From Lachnospiraceae bacterium (GTDB taxonomy: Bacteria; Bacillota; Clostridia; Lachnospirales; Lachnospiraceae): 64,000 nt of DNA. A program made the translations under genes and the position numbers. Positions 29,230 to 38,669 of the stretch are shown here, one piece after another; the stretch's first letter is position 1; each line of letters starts with the position of its first letter. The DNA is taken from the NCBI GenBank assembly GCA_017550165.1, contig JAFZQH010000030.1:77798-141797 (forward strand). Reading direction: 5' to 3'. The notes below the pieces were generated by a model. It did not search any database. It was not told the origin of the DNA and saw nothing but the letters and a program-made list of their open reading frames with translations.

Positions 29230-30009
29230 ATGAGCGAATTGAATCTAATTTCCTTTGAAGAGGAATCACCGGAGATAAAAGACCGGGTAGAGAAATATTG
29301 GACCAAGAGGGCCTCGACTTTTTTTGAGCAGAGGCGGGCCGAGATTGAGAGTGATAAGGCGAATATATGGGTCGAAGGGATCCTGTCCCATATCCCGGAA
29401 GATAAAGGCATTAAGATCCTGGACGTGGGATGCGGAGCCGGATTTTTCCCTGTTATCCTTGGACGCCTGGGATATGACGTAACAGGGATCGATCTTACGG
29501 AGGAAATGATCTGTTACGCTGACAAGATGTTAGACCTGTATAATATCGACAGGACCAGGGTAAGGGTCATGCAGGGAGATGCGGAGGCTCCTGCATTTCC
29601 GGATGACTCCTTTGATGTCATCGTGACCCGTAATCTGACATGGACCCTGCCCCATCCGATAGAAGCCTATAAGCAGTGGGGGCGTATCTTAAAAAAAGGC
29701 GGGATCCTGCTGAACTTCGATGCGGAGTATGCCAAGGGGATACACTCCGGAACCGGACATAAGTACGACTCCCTGAATAATCCGGCACATGCCATGATAG
29801 GCAAGGAACTTAATGAAGAGTGCCATAAGATCTATCACATGCTTACCATAAGCTCCCTTGACAGGCCGGAATGGGACGTTGAGGTGCTTACAAATGTGGG
29901 ATTTAAAGAAATAGAACTGGACAAATGTTTCTATGTCAAAGCCTTCTCCACCTGTGACCGGTTCTATATCCCGAATCATCTGTTTATGATCAAGGCAAAA
30001 AAACAATAA
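29230..30009 (+). CDS. Class I SAM-dependent methyltransferase, a tandem paralog of the preceding gene.
   Basis: Motif I ILDVGCGAGF; FDVIVTRNLTWTL. Same architecture as 28440-29213. Confidence 0.75.
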   Translation: MSELNLISFEEESPEIKDRVEKYWTKRASTFFEQRRAEIESDKANIWVEGILSHIPEDKGIKILDVGCGAGFFPVILGRLGYDVTGIDLTEEMICYADKMLDLYNIDRTRVRVMQGDAEAPAFPDDSFDVIVTRNLTWTLPHPIEAYKQWGRILKKGGILLNFDAEYAKGIHSGTGHKYDSLNNPAHAMIGKELNEECHKIYHMLTISSLDRPEWDVEVLTNVGFKEIELDKCFYVKAFSTCDRFYIPNHLFMIKAKKQ

Positions 30010-30023
30010 GAAAAGCATATTAT

Positions 30024-30056
30024 AAAAGGAGACAGGGGTCTGGCCCCTGTCTTTTT
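30024..30056. terminator. Bidirectional intrinsic terminator (palindrome family member).
   Basis: AAAAGGAGACAGGGG-tctgg-CCCCTGTCTTTTT, located between convergent genes. Confidence 0.75.
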
Positions 30057-30057
30057 C

Positions 30058-30636
30058 TTAGAACACATACTCCCACACGATCAGCGAGCCGTCTTCACCG
30101 CTTAATCCCATGGGGAACAATCTGTCCTTTCCTGTGGCATCAGTGTACATATATCCTACCGTGGGAATCGTTTCGCCGAACTCCAGTTTTTCAGAAACCG
30201 GTTTATCAGGGTTTAGCGTAGTGGGGGTATTTGCGTTTTCATATAAGAGTTCAAAATGGCCGTCATCGTCTATAAATTTGGCAGAGAGTTTGACGATGCG
30301 GAAATTCTTCACCGATTTTTTCGCTGTAAACACAACTGTCGGACCATCATTTTTCAATTCGGCGATCACGTCCGAGCTGTCTCCGGAGATCAATTCCCCG
30401 GCAGAAGACTCTTTCGTCCATTGTGACGAGCTGCTTTGCGCGGATGAGGATCGCACAGAAGATGACTGTGCTGAAGATGACTCAGAAATGCTTTGCGATG
30501 AAGAAGACTGCGCAGCAATTGTGCTTGCAGAGGATCCCTTTGATGAAGACGACGGAGCAGGATTCGCGGAACCGCAGCCGGCAACTGTATAGGAAATCAT
30601 CATAAGGATCATGATCTGTGCAATTCTTTTTTTCAT
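30058..30636 (-). CDS. Lipoprotein with a Ser-rich linker; function unknown.
   Basis: Lipobox YTVAGCGS, a poly-Ser/Gln linker of about 60 aa, then a C-terminal domain of about 110 aa. Confidence 0.6.
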   Translation of the reverse strand: MKKRIAQIMILMMISYTVAGCGSANPAPSSSSKGSSASTIAAQSSSSQSISESSSAQSSSVRSSSAQSSSSQWTKESSAGELISGDSSDVIAELKNDGPTVVFTAKKSVKNFRIVKLSAKFIDDDGHFELLYENANTPTTLNPDKPVSEKLEFGETIPTVGYMYTDATGKDRLFPMGLSGEDGSLIVWEYVF

Positions 30637-30740
30637 ATGAGAACACCTCGCTTTATCTATTATTATCTTGTATTATAGCACTATTTGCTGTATTATATCC
30701 TACGGTTATTAAAATAAATCAATAAAGGATTAAAAATGTA

Positions 30741-32075
30741 ATGAAAAAGAATTTGACTTTATCACAGATCATATCCCTGTCCGTCATGCTATTCGGCATG
30801 TTCTTCGGTGCAGGTAATCTTATATTCCCGGTATATATGGGACAGATGGCAGGAAGCAATTATCTTCCGGCCACCTTGGGATTTATCATATCAGGAGTGG
30901 CGTTGCCGATGCTGGGTCTTGTAGCGCTGGGCAAAAGCCGTTGCGAAGGACTTCACGAACTCAGTAGCAGAGTGGGTAAAGGATACGGCTTGTTTTTTAC
31001 CTGCTTGCTCTACCTTACCATCGGACCCTTCTTTTCTATCCCGAGATGCGCATCCACCTCATTCTCAGCCGGAGTAGCAGCCATATTTCCCGGGGTAGAT
31101 GTGACCATCCTTACCCTGATCTTTACGCTTATTTTCTTCGGACTGGCTCTTTTTATCGCATTGAAGCCCGGAGATATCCTTACATACATAGGAAAAATCT
31201 TGACGCCGGCATTCCTGATAAGCCTCGGAGTCCTTATAGTAGTGTCATTTGTTAATCCCATGGGTGATGTCGCTGCTATCGCGCCTATGGGAGACTACGC
31301 AGGCAATGCATTCCCTACCGGGATCCTGGAAGGCTATAATACCATGGATGCTCTGGCAAGCCTGGCTTTCGGTATAGTTGTGGTTCATGTTATAAGGGAT
31401 CTGGGTGTAAAGGATTCTGACGCCATAGCCTCCAACACCATGAAGGCCGGTGTGATCAGCGGCCTCATCATGGCTGTGCTCTATGCCCTGATCATAGTGA
31501 TGGGTGCAAGAAGCCTAGGAGCCGTTCAGATAGGGACTAACGGAAGTGAAGCGTTAAATGCCATATCAAGCCACTACTTCGGCAGATACGGCATTATCCT
31601 GCTTGTAGTCATAGTTACCCTGGCATGCTTCAAGACAGCAACCGGCCTTATCATAAGCTGTTCCCAGGCTTTTGTGGCCATGTTCCCGAAGAGTTTTTCA
31701 TATAAGACCTGGGCCATTCTTTTTTCGGGGATCTCCTTCGTTATAGCCAACTTCGGATTAAATGCCATTATCAAATGGTCCGTTCCGGTGCTGATGTTCT
31801 TATATCCCCTGTCCATCACTCTCATTTTGCTGTCCTTATTCGGCAAGTTTTTTAACTACAGCAAGACGGTATACGTGTGGACCACTGTTTTTGCACTGAT
31901 ATCGGCGCTATTAGATCTTATAAATGCCCTGCCTCCCGAAGCTGCAGTGCTGAACCTGGGGTGGCTTACGGAATTAGCTTCAAAGTATGTTCCCTTCTAC
32001 ACAATAGGACTGGGCTGGATAGTGCCCAGCATCATAGGGTTTATTATAGGGCTGATACTAAACAAAGATAAATGA
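30741..32075 (+). CDS. brnQ: Branched-chain amino acid transport system II carrier protein.
   Basis: N-terminal MLFGMFFGAGNLIFPVYMGQMAG is the LIVCS signature. 444 aa, about 12 predicted TM segments. Confidence 0.85.
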   Translation: MKKNLTLSQIISLSVMLFGMFFGAGNLIFPVYMGQMAGSNYLPATLGFIISGVALPMLGLVALGKSRCEGLHELSSRVGKGYGLFFTCLLYLTIGPFFSIPRCASTSFSAGVAAIFPGVDVTILTLIFTLIFFGLALFIALKPGDILTYIGKILTPAFLISLGVLIVVSFVNPMGDVAAIAPMGDYAGNAFPTGILEGYNTMDALASLAFGIVVVHVIRDLGVKDSDAIASNTMKAGVISGLIMAVLYALIIVMGARSLGAVQIGTNGSEALNAISSHYFGRYGIILLVVIVTLACFKTATGLIISCSQAFVAMFPKSFSYKTWAILFSGISFVIANFGLNAIIKWSVPVLMFLYPLSITLILLSLFGKFFNYSKTVYVWTTVFALISALLDLINALPPEAAVLNLGWLTELASKYVPFYTIGLGWIVPSIIGFIIGLILNKDK

Positions 32076-32843
32076 ATTATTCTCATAAATCTCTTTGAAA
32101 TCGACCATGCATTCCCCGTTCCATATCCCTACGGGAACCTTATCATCAAAGGTATATTGAACCGGTATCTCTGACTTTGTAAAATCATAAACCCATACCC
32201 TCATTTCTATCGGAAAGACTATCCAGTATTCCTTAACACCCGCGTCTCTGTACTTATTCAGTTTGATGGCGATATCTTTTGTGGCTGTAGACGGAGATAT
32301 AACCTCAACGACCAGATCCGGTGCGCCTACAACCCACTTGTAATTAATCTTGTCTCTATCGCAAACCACAAATACATCAGGAATAACAACGGTTTTATCG
32401 TCCTTGTCAAGCTGAACATCCGTTGGTGCACAAAAGGGTATGCACTTCCCCCGGTTCTCGGCAACAAAATGCATTAAGCGATAATAGATATCAAGAGCAA
32501 TCCTTTGGTGTAAGACCGATGGCGAAGCCATATCATATATCTTACCGTCTATAAGTTCACACCGAACATCATCCGGGAGTGCCTCGCGATCTGCGATCGT
32601 ATAGTTGTCATAAGCGTGTGAAAGCCTTAAAGGCTTCACATTATATGCCGGTTCCGGCTCATTAACAGTCGTCTGCGGAGAAAGCGCCTCCTCCAAGGCC
32701 ATAATAGTAGAATACCTGGGGAAAGAGGTCTCCCCGCTGAAAATCTTCTGGATAGTTCCCTCCGGCACCCCGGAAATCTCCGAAAGCATCTTGATGGAGT
32801 ATCCCAGTTCTGCCTTCCTTTGTTTCATTTCCTGTATTGTCAT
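32058..32843 (-). CDS. XRE-type HTH fused to a Uma2-family endonuclease domain, a paralog of 25727-26530.
   Basis: MTIQEMKQRKAELGYSIKMLSEISGVPEGTIQKIFSG, followed by ELIDGKIYDMASPS, PDVFVVC and APDLVVEVISP. By eye about 55-60% identical to the other copy. Confidence 0.7.
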   Translation of the reverse strand: MTIQEMKQRKAELGYSIKMLSEISGVPEGTIQKIFSGETSFPRYSTIMALEEALSPQTTVNEPEPAYNVKPLRLSHAYDNYTIADREALPDDVRCELIDGKIYDMASPSVLHQRIALDIYYRLMHFVAENRGKCIPFCAPTDVQLDKDDKTVVIPDVFVVCDRDKINYKWVVGAPDLVVEVISPSTATKDIAIKLNKYRDAGVKEYWIVFPIEMRVWVYDFTKSEIPVQYTFDDKVPVGIWNGECMVDFKEIYENNSFIFV

Positions 32844-32973
32844 GCCTATCGCCTCCTTGATACCATATTTCTACCGTTTACGGTGATATTATAACATGAA
32901 TGATTGCTGTATGCAATTATGGACTTACCGTACAAGGCAGATTTTCGGTGCAAGAAGATCGCCTGCTTTGGGG

Positions 32974-33002
32974 TTGACTTTAACGCTATTTCATTTTATC
33001 AT
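32974..33002 (+). promoter_or_regulatory. Putative sigma-A promoter of mntP.
   Basis: TTGACT, 17-nt spacer, TATCAT, about 45 nt upstream of ATG 33047. Confidence 0.45.
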
Positions 33003-33046
33003 GAGATGAATTTCCGGCATTTATTTGCTGTATTCAGGGGTTTATT

Positions 33047-33628
33047 ATGGGTTTGTTTATAGTATTTCTCCTTACGGGGATAGGTCTTGCCATGGATGCT
33101 TTTGCGGTATCCATCTGCAAGGGTCTGGGAATGAGAAAAGTCAACAAGATACAGGCTGTGGTCATAGGTCTGTTTTTCGGCGGTTTTCAGGCACTGATGC
33201 CTACTATCGGCTGGTTTCTTGGCACGGGATTTGAGCAGTACATCACCAGCATCGATCATTGGATCGCATTCGGACTGCTGGTGTTTATTGGTATTAAGAT
33301 GATCGTGGAGGCATTTAAACCGGAGGATGATATCCCGGATGAGGCGATGGGTCAGCCCCTTGATATTAAAGAAATGTTCACTCTTGCAGTTGCCACCAGC
33401 ATAGATGCCCTTGCAGTAGGCATATCCTTTGCATTCTTGAATTACCCCATAGGAATAGCCGCCGCCGTTATCGGTGTAACCACTTTTGTTATATCTATCG
33501 GCGGAGTATATATAGGAAACTTTTTCGGCACCAGATATAAAAAGAAGGCCGAGATCGCAGGCGGGATAATCCTTTGTCTCATTGGACTTAAGATACTCCT
33601 TGAACACTTGGGAGTACTGCCGTTTTAG
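33047..33628 (+). CDS. mntP: Manganese efflux pump MntP.
   Basis: 193 aa with 6 predicted TM segments. LAMDAFAVSI and SIDALAVGISF duplicated DUF204 motifs. Confidence 0.8.
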   Translation: MGLFIVFLLTGIGLAMDAFAVSICKGLGMRKVNKIQAVVIGLFFGGFQALMPTIGWFLGTGFEQYITSIDHWIAFGLLVFIGIKMIVEAFKPEDDIPDEAMGQPLDIKEMFTLAVATSIDALAVGISFAFLNYPIGIAAAVIGVTTFVISIGGVYIGNFFGTRYKKKAEIAGGIILCLIGLKILLEHLGVLPF

Positions 33629-33647
33629 ATCATGGGAGAATTGATCA

Positions 33648-34607
33648 ATGAATGAGATTTTAAAAGCTGTCATAATGCTCGTTATAGGCTTCGTTTTACT
33701 GATAAAGGGAGCCGATTTTTTCGTGGACGGAAGTGCCTCTGTGGCCAGAAGATTTCGGGTTCCTCCCATTATCATCGGCCTGACCATAGTTGCCATGGGC
33801 ACTTCGTTGCCGGAGTGTGCCGTGAGTATATCGGCTTCCATTACCAATAACAATACTTTGGCCGTAAGCAATGTCACCGGCTCAAACATCTTTAACCTCA
33901 TGATGGTGTGTGGTGTATGTGCCCTTTTCAGGCCGCTTCCCGTAGAGATCGGCACATTGAAAAAGGAATTCCCTTTTTCCATAGCGTGCGCAGCACTTCT
34001 GCTGGGTCTGGGATACTGGGGAATGTCCCTGGATAGGGTAGACGGGATCATATTCTGTGTGATATTTATCCTCTTCCTTCTGTGGATGGTCCGCTCTGCC
34101 ATAAAAGCCCGCAAAGAGATGCCCGGGGTCGAGCATGAAGGGGAAGAAGCTGCTTTCATCCTGCCCATGTGGCAATGCGCCCTGTGCATAGTGGGCGGCG
34201 CCATAGCCATCGCTGTGGGCGGCGACTGGGTTGTAGACAGTGCCGTCACCATCGCGACTGCTTTTAACATCAGTCAGACCATCATAGGCCTTACCATTGT
34301 TGCTTTAGGGACTTCCCTGCCGGAGCTGGTGACGGGTATCGTCGCAGCCCGCAAGGGAGAAGTGGATATGGCCATGGGCAATGTCATCGGCTCCAACATT
34401 TTCAATATTCTCTTTGTTCTCGGAGCGGCATCTGTGGTAAGCCCTATCCCCTTCCTCATGGAGAATGTCTATGACATCATTATTCTCCTGGTCGTAAGCC
34501 TGCTGGTGTGGGTATACGGATGGACAAAAAAAGAGATCACCCGCATGGAAGGTCTCTCGATGGTAATAGTCTATATAGCGTATACTGTGTATATATGTAT
34601 CAGATAG
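33648..34607 (+). CDS. Calcium/sodium antiporter (CaCA family, YrbG-like).
   Basis: Two alpha-repeats (GLTIVAMGTSLPE and GLTIVALGTSLPELV) and GADFFVDGSAS near the N-terminus. Confidence 0.85.
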   Translation: MNEILKAVIMLVIGFVLLIKGADFFVDGSASVARRFRVPPIIIGLTIVAMGTSLPECAVSISASITNNNTLAVSNVTGSNIFNLMMVCGVCALFRPLPVEIGTLKKEFPFSIACAALLLGLGYWGMSLDRVDGIIFCVIFILFLLWMVRSAIKARKEMPGVEHEGEEAAFILPMWQCALCIVGGAIAIAVGGDWVVDSAVTIATAFNISQTIIGLTIVALGTSLPELVTGIVAARKGEVDMAMGNVIGSNIFNILFVLGAASVVSPIPFLMENVYDIIILLVVSLLVWVYGWTKKEITRMEGLSMVIVYIAYTVYICIR

Positions 34608-34608
34608 C

Positions 34609-34634
34609 GAAGGAGACAGTGACCTGTCTCCTTC
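34609..34634. terminator. Hairpin between convergent genes (palindrome family member).
   Basis: GAAGGAGACAG-tgac-CTGTCTCCTTC. There are only weak T-tracts on either side. Confidence 0.5.
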
Positions 34635-34637
34635 ATT

Positions 34638-35552
34638 TTATCCTTGTTTTTCCTGTTTCGCTTCTTTTTCAAGCTTCTTTTGTTTCTTGCGCTCCTTCTT
34701 CCGAGCCTGCTTGTCAGCATACATCTCTTTATCGGCACGCTCCATGGCCGCCATAAAGCTGTCCTTGGATGATGTCATATCCGTAAGTCCCAGGGATACC
34801 TGCAAGGGCTCTCCTTTAACACTGAGAAGCTTAGAGGCTTCCACCATGCGGTCAACTATCTGCTGCCCCTGATGCAGGTCATGATGAGGAAGGACTATAA
34901 GGAACTCGTCTCCTCCCGTACGGAACATGATGGCCTCATCAGGAACGCAGATCCTGAACATGGATGCCGCCAAACGGATAAACTCATCTCCTATAAGATG
35001 TCCGTATGTATCATTGATCCTTTTGAGTTCGTCGCAGTCGGCTGAAATGAGGCAAAGAGGGAACATATTGCTCTTCATCTCTTCCAGGACCCAGGAATTA
35101 AGATAACGTCTGTTAAACAAGCCGGTGAGCATATCGGTCTTGGCGTAGTTCTCCAGCTCTTTCTCCATCTTAACCCGGGCGGTAACATCATTAATGATGC
35201 CGACGATGCCCATGATCTCACCATTCTCATCCCATACCGGGCGCTTGGTGATCTCCAGGTACTCCGTAACACCGTCAATATTGTTCTCCGTGATATAACT
35301 GCAGCCCTTTCCCGTCTCCAGGATACGCTTATCCTGTTCATAGGCAAGCCGGGCATTCTCCTGATCCTTACGGACCTCCAGATCGGTCTTCCCTCTGATG
35401 GTCCAGTTGGGATCGTCACCGACCTTGATATGTCTCCAGTAATGAGTACAGAAAACGTACCTGCACTCCGTATCCTTAAACATAATGTTGGAGGGCAGCT
35501 CTCTCAAGATTCTCTCAACAAAGTTGATGTCCTCCGGAATAAACTTGCTCAT
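34638..35552 (-). CDS. PAS-domain diguanylate cyclase (GGDEF).
   Basis: N-terminal PAS-like region. GGDEF domain with RTGGDEFLIVL and LTGLFNRRYL. Confidence 0.85.
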   Translation of the reverse strand: MSKFIPEDINFVERILRELPSNIMFKDTECRYVFCTHYWRHIKVGDDPNWTIRGKTDLEVRKDQENARLAYEQDKRILETGKGCSYITENNIDGVTEYLEITKRPVWDENGEIMGIVGIINDVTARVKMEKELENYAKTDMLTGLFNRRYLNSWVLEEMKSNMFPLCLISADCDELKRINDTYGHLIGDEFIRLAASMFRICVPDEAIMFRTGGDEFLIVLPHHDLHQGQQIVDRMVEASKLLSVKGEPLQVSLGLTDMTSSKDSFMAAMERADKEMYADKQARKKERKKQKKLEKEAKQEKQG

Positions 35553-35553
35553 A

Positions 35554-36012
35554 TTACTTGTATGCTCCTCCGTTATAGGTGCCGCCTGTTACTACTGAAA
35601 AATGGAATATGGGCTTATCGACCCGCTTGATGCTGATCCGCATATGGGGCATGCCTGCCGGGCAGAAGATAAGGCTGCTCTTGGTCAGGATATGATGCTC
35701 CCCGTTAATGGTAACGTCAAGCTCCGCATGAAGGTTGTAAGGATCGTCCGGGTCGCAACCGAAGAAACCTATTATCTCATCATCATCATGCTGATGCTCT
35801 TCAAATACAGGGTCTTTCTCAGGCACTGCATAATACCACGCCGTATTCATCTGAAAAGCACCGGGGCATACGTTCTTATCTATCCAAAGGATCCTGTGGG
35901 AGAACTTCTTATACATCTCCTGAAACTCCGGTGTACCGGTCTGAGGCGCCTGAAGATCCTGGATAATATATTTGCCGTATTCACCCTCGTTGTTCATATA
36001 AGTCTTGTCCAT
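35554..36012 (-). CDS. Cupin-domain protein.
   Basis: Cupin motif 1 (HQHDDDEIIGFFG) and motif 2 (PAGMPH). ATG 36012 has a GGAGAGGG RBS. Its stop lies 1 nt before the GGDEF gene start. Confidence 0.6.
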   Translation of the reverse strand: MDKTYMNNEGEYGKYIIQDLQAPQTGTPEFQEMYKKFSHRILWIDKNVCPGAFQMNTAWYYAVPEKDPVFEEHQHDDDEIIGFFGCDPDDPYNLHAELDVTINGEHHILTKSSLIFCPAGMPHMRISIKRVDKPIFHFSVVTGGTYNGGAYK

Positions 36013-36092
36013 ATAACCCTCTCCTTTCAAGCCTGTATCACATGAATAATATCTTTTGTCAACGGAGTCCCCATAATCCGCTCTTATATAAA

Positions 36093-36121
36093 ATTATAGT
36101 TTATCCCCTTGATATTTACAA
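36093..36121 (-). promoter_or_regulatory. Putative sigma-A promoter for the cupin-GGDEF pair.
   Basis: On the minus strand: TTGTAA, 17-nt spacer, TATAAT, about 80 nt upstream of ATG 36012. Confidence 0.4.
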
Positions 36122-36164
36122 TCACATATCGTGATTTAATTAATTCTTCATAAACAGGTTCCCA

Positions 36165-37061
36165 TCAGAAACCGTGACCGCCGCCTCCGCCTGAGAAGCC
36201 GCCGCCTCCGCCACCGCCTGAGAAGCCACCGCCTCCGCCTGAGAAGCCGTGACCGCCGCCTCCGCCTGAAGATTCAACATGTCTGGTCTTTTTCTCCGAA
36301 AGCACTATCATTGCTTTGGGCTCACCGATCTCGAACTTCTTCTCCGCAGTCTCGTCAAAGACATTGCTCTCTCCGGATTTCCTTATCCTTGTCCTGAAGT
36401 TGGCTATCATAAATACAAGTATCAGGGCAAATGCCATGGAAAGAAGGGCATTGCACAAATGCTTCATGGGCTCAGGGATCATTCCGCCCGCAAGGATGGT
36501 ACCGATCTGATCAAAGACCTTGGCGGCGCAGTCATAATACTTCTTCTTCGACGCCAGCCGGTATACATTATCCGTTATGGTGTCTGCCTTGCTCCTTGTG
36601 ACGGTGCTGTATATCCTGCCGCCGGAGTAAATGAATATCTGCCGGTTATCCATGTCAATGAGGAAGAGAGTCCCGCTGGTCAGGCCGATAAGCTCCTTAT
36701 ATCTCTTCTCCGCATACCGGTCTGCAGAGGTGGAGTTCTTGTTAATGGTGACAAATGCCACGCTGCCGTACTGGGTTATGGGCTGCATGTGAGCCACCAA
36801 TGCCTGTCTCTCCTGGTCTGTAAGGAGGTTTGCGCCATCTTCTACGTAGATCTTCCCGGTCCCGGAGTTCTGATCGTTTGCGGTAGCGGTGATCTCATTT
36901 ACAAAGTCCACTGCCACAGGGGCGAACATCACCACAACTGCTGCAATGGCAGCCAGTACCCAAACAAATGCCGGGGCTTTTTTAAGCTTCTTTATAAAGC
37001 TGTTCGTATTCTGCTTCTTCGGCTTTTGAGCCTGTTTTTTCTTTTTCTTTGCCACGATCAT
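36165..37061 (-). CDS. TPM-domain protein with a TM segment and a Gly-rich C-terminal tail.
   Basis: YVEDGANLLTDQERQALVAHM...SVAFVTI is TPM/YgcG-like. The tail is GGGGGHGFSGGGGGFSGGGGGGGFSGGGGGHGF. ATGA overlap with the upstream gene. Confidence 0.65.
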   Translation of the reverse strand: MIVAKKKKKQAQKPKKQNTNSFIKKLKKAPAFVWVLAAIAAVVVMFAPVAVDFVNEITATANDQNSGTGKIYVEDGANLLTDQERQALVAHMQPITQYGSVAFVTINKNSTSADRYAEKRYKELIGLTSGTLFLIDMDNRQIFIYSGGRIYSTVTRSKADTITDNVYRLASKKKYYDCAAKVFDQIGTILAGGMIPEPMKHLCNALLSMAFALILVFMIANFRTRIRKSGESNVFDETAEKKFEIGEPKAMIVLSEKKTRHVESSGGGGGHGFSGGGGGFSGGGGGGGFSGGGGGHGF

Positions 37062-38647
37062 TCACCCCCTCTTTTCTCAGTAAACAGGGGGATGTCCCTC
37101 ATGGTGTAACGGTTCTGGATCCTTACTACGTCAAAGGCCGTAAGGACGATCATTATAATGGAAAATATGGCTGCCGTGTAGAAGGCCATATCATTCACAG
37201 TTCCGATGCCGTATACATATGCTCCCAGCACCATGGCGGCAATGGGTTTTATCAGGGTCAGTATCTTCCGGTAAATGGGCGCTTTTTTTACCTTGACCCC
37301 GAGACCCCGGGTAGAAGATCCCGAACGGGCGGCGGAAATGAACAGCACCGCTATGGCTACCGGAAAAAAAGCTATCCCCACAAAGCCGAATATAGGTATG
37401 TCTTCGGAAATGGCTCCGATCAATCCTGTGACAAAGAGTATAAGCACTACTTTGAGTACCAGATGGGAGTTCTTTCCCTTGTTCTTCTTACGAGCCTTGT
37501 CCTGTACCTTGTCCACATCCACCCCGGTGTAGCCGGCATCATCATAATGCATGATCCGGCGATGGGTATCATTAAGAAGGTTGTTGGCAACTAAGAAGGC
37601 CACAAACGACAGGAATGTTGTGGCGAAGAGCATTTTCCCCGGTGTAAGGGTAAGAAAAATGTTCAGTATCACGGAGAAGAGCGCTGCAATGATAAGGCTT
37701 ACCCCCAGGTATTTCTTAAAGTCAATGGGGATATCCACAACCAGCTCGCCGGTGTCGCCGTTTACCGCAGCGTAATTGATCCTCTTCTTGTTCCTGTAGG
37801 AGAGGAACCACACCGGGAGCAGGGACGAGAAGTACTCTCCCTTCAGTTCATAGTTATTGACTATGTCCGATGAATCGAAATCCACGTTATGGATATTCAT
37901 CTTGCCGTCCTTTACCACAGACTGCTTGATGACATTGGCGTATTTATCCGCATAGAGCTCTGCCGGAACGTCACTGCTGTCCGCATAGTATCCGGCAAGA
38001 TATGGCTCCTTGAATTGTTTAAGTTTCTTTTTCGTAAAGGGGCAAAGCGCCCGGCTCATGTTATCCGGAAATGAGCTGGAAGCGTCTACTGGGATAAAAT
38101 CATACTCTGCCTTGATGGGAGCTTCCTCCACCCTGTATGTCCGAAAGACGTCGTATTTCTTTCCATGCTCCCTCTCTACGGTGTTGGAGGTTCCCTCTCC
38201 CGTATACTTGATGTCGTAGCTGTATCTCAACAGGTGGAAGGGCATATAGATACCGCGGAATTTCTCCACTGTGGCATCCTCGTCCATCCATTTTGGCGCC
38301 AGAAGGATGCTGTCAACCCGGTCCCTGTAGATCCGTGCCGCCTCCTCCTTCTGAACTGAGAAAGGTATGATATAATCCGGCTTCTTCTCCTGTACTATGC
38401 GGTTCCGCAACAGAACCGAGGATCCGCAGTAGCTGCAGAAGGTGGCCATGGTAGTGTCTGTGCTGTAGATCACCGCGCCGCACTGGGTGCAGGAAAGCTC
38501 ATTGGTGACGTAGTAGCCCTCTTTGGTCTGGGCCCTCTCGTAGTCTTCAATGGTTATGGTGCTGCCGCAGTATTCGCACTGCATGGACTGCTGATCCGGA
38601 TCGAATGATATGTCTGCCCCGCAGTGGGGGCATCGGAATGCAACCAT
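37058..38647 (-). CDS. Zinc-ribbon-containing polytopic membrane protein; function unknown.
   Basis: The N-terminus has CPHCG..CEYCG and CTQCG..CSYCG. This is followed by a soluble region of about 230 aa and then about 6 hydrophobic segments. Confidence 0.6.
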   Translation of the reverse strand: MVAFRCPHCGADISFDPDQQSMQCEYCGSTITIEDYERAQTKEGYYVTNELSCTQCGAVIYSTDTTMATFCSYCGSSVLLRNRIVQEKKPDYIIPFSVQKEEAARIYRDRVDSILLAPKWMDEDATVEKFRGIYMPFHLLRYSYDIKYTGEGTSNTVEREHGKKYDVFRTYRVEEAPIKAEYDFIPVDASSSFPDNMSRALCPFTKKKLKQFKEPYLAGYYADSSDVPAELYADKYANVIKQSVVKDGKMNIHNVDFDSSDIVNNYELKGEYFSSLLPVWFLSYRNKKRINYAAVNGDTGELVVDIPIDFKKYLGVSLIIAALFSVILNIFLTLTPGKMLFATTFLSFVAFLVANNLLNDTHRRIMHYDDAGYTGVDVDKVQDKARKKNKGKNSHLVLKVVLILFVTGLIGAISEDIPIFGFVGIAFFPVAIAVLFISAARSGSSTRGLGVKVKKAPIYRKILTLIKPIAAMVLGAYVYGIGTVNDMAFYTAAIFSIIMIVLTAFDVVRIQNRYTMRDIPLFTEKRGGE

Positions 38648-38669
38648 TTTGTTCCTCCAAATCTTTTAT

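Noticed and set aside
32844-33046. Possible yybP-ykoY manganese riboswitch upstream of mntP.
   Set aside because: The conserved GGGGAGUAG and AGACC elements are absent. A good TTGACT-17-TATCAT promoter at 32974-33002 leaves only about 45 nt of leader, which is too short for the aptamer.
32999-34270. 423-aa ORF on the minus strand.
   Set aside because: It runs antisense across two well-supported plus-strand genes (mntP and the CaCA antiporter). It has odd composition (Met/Ala/Pro/Thr-rich N-terminus) and no RBS. It is a shadow ORF.
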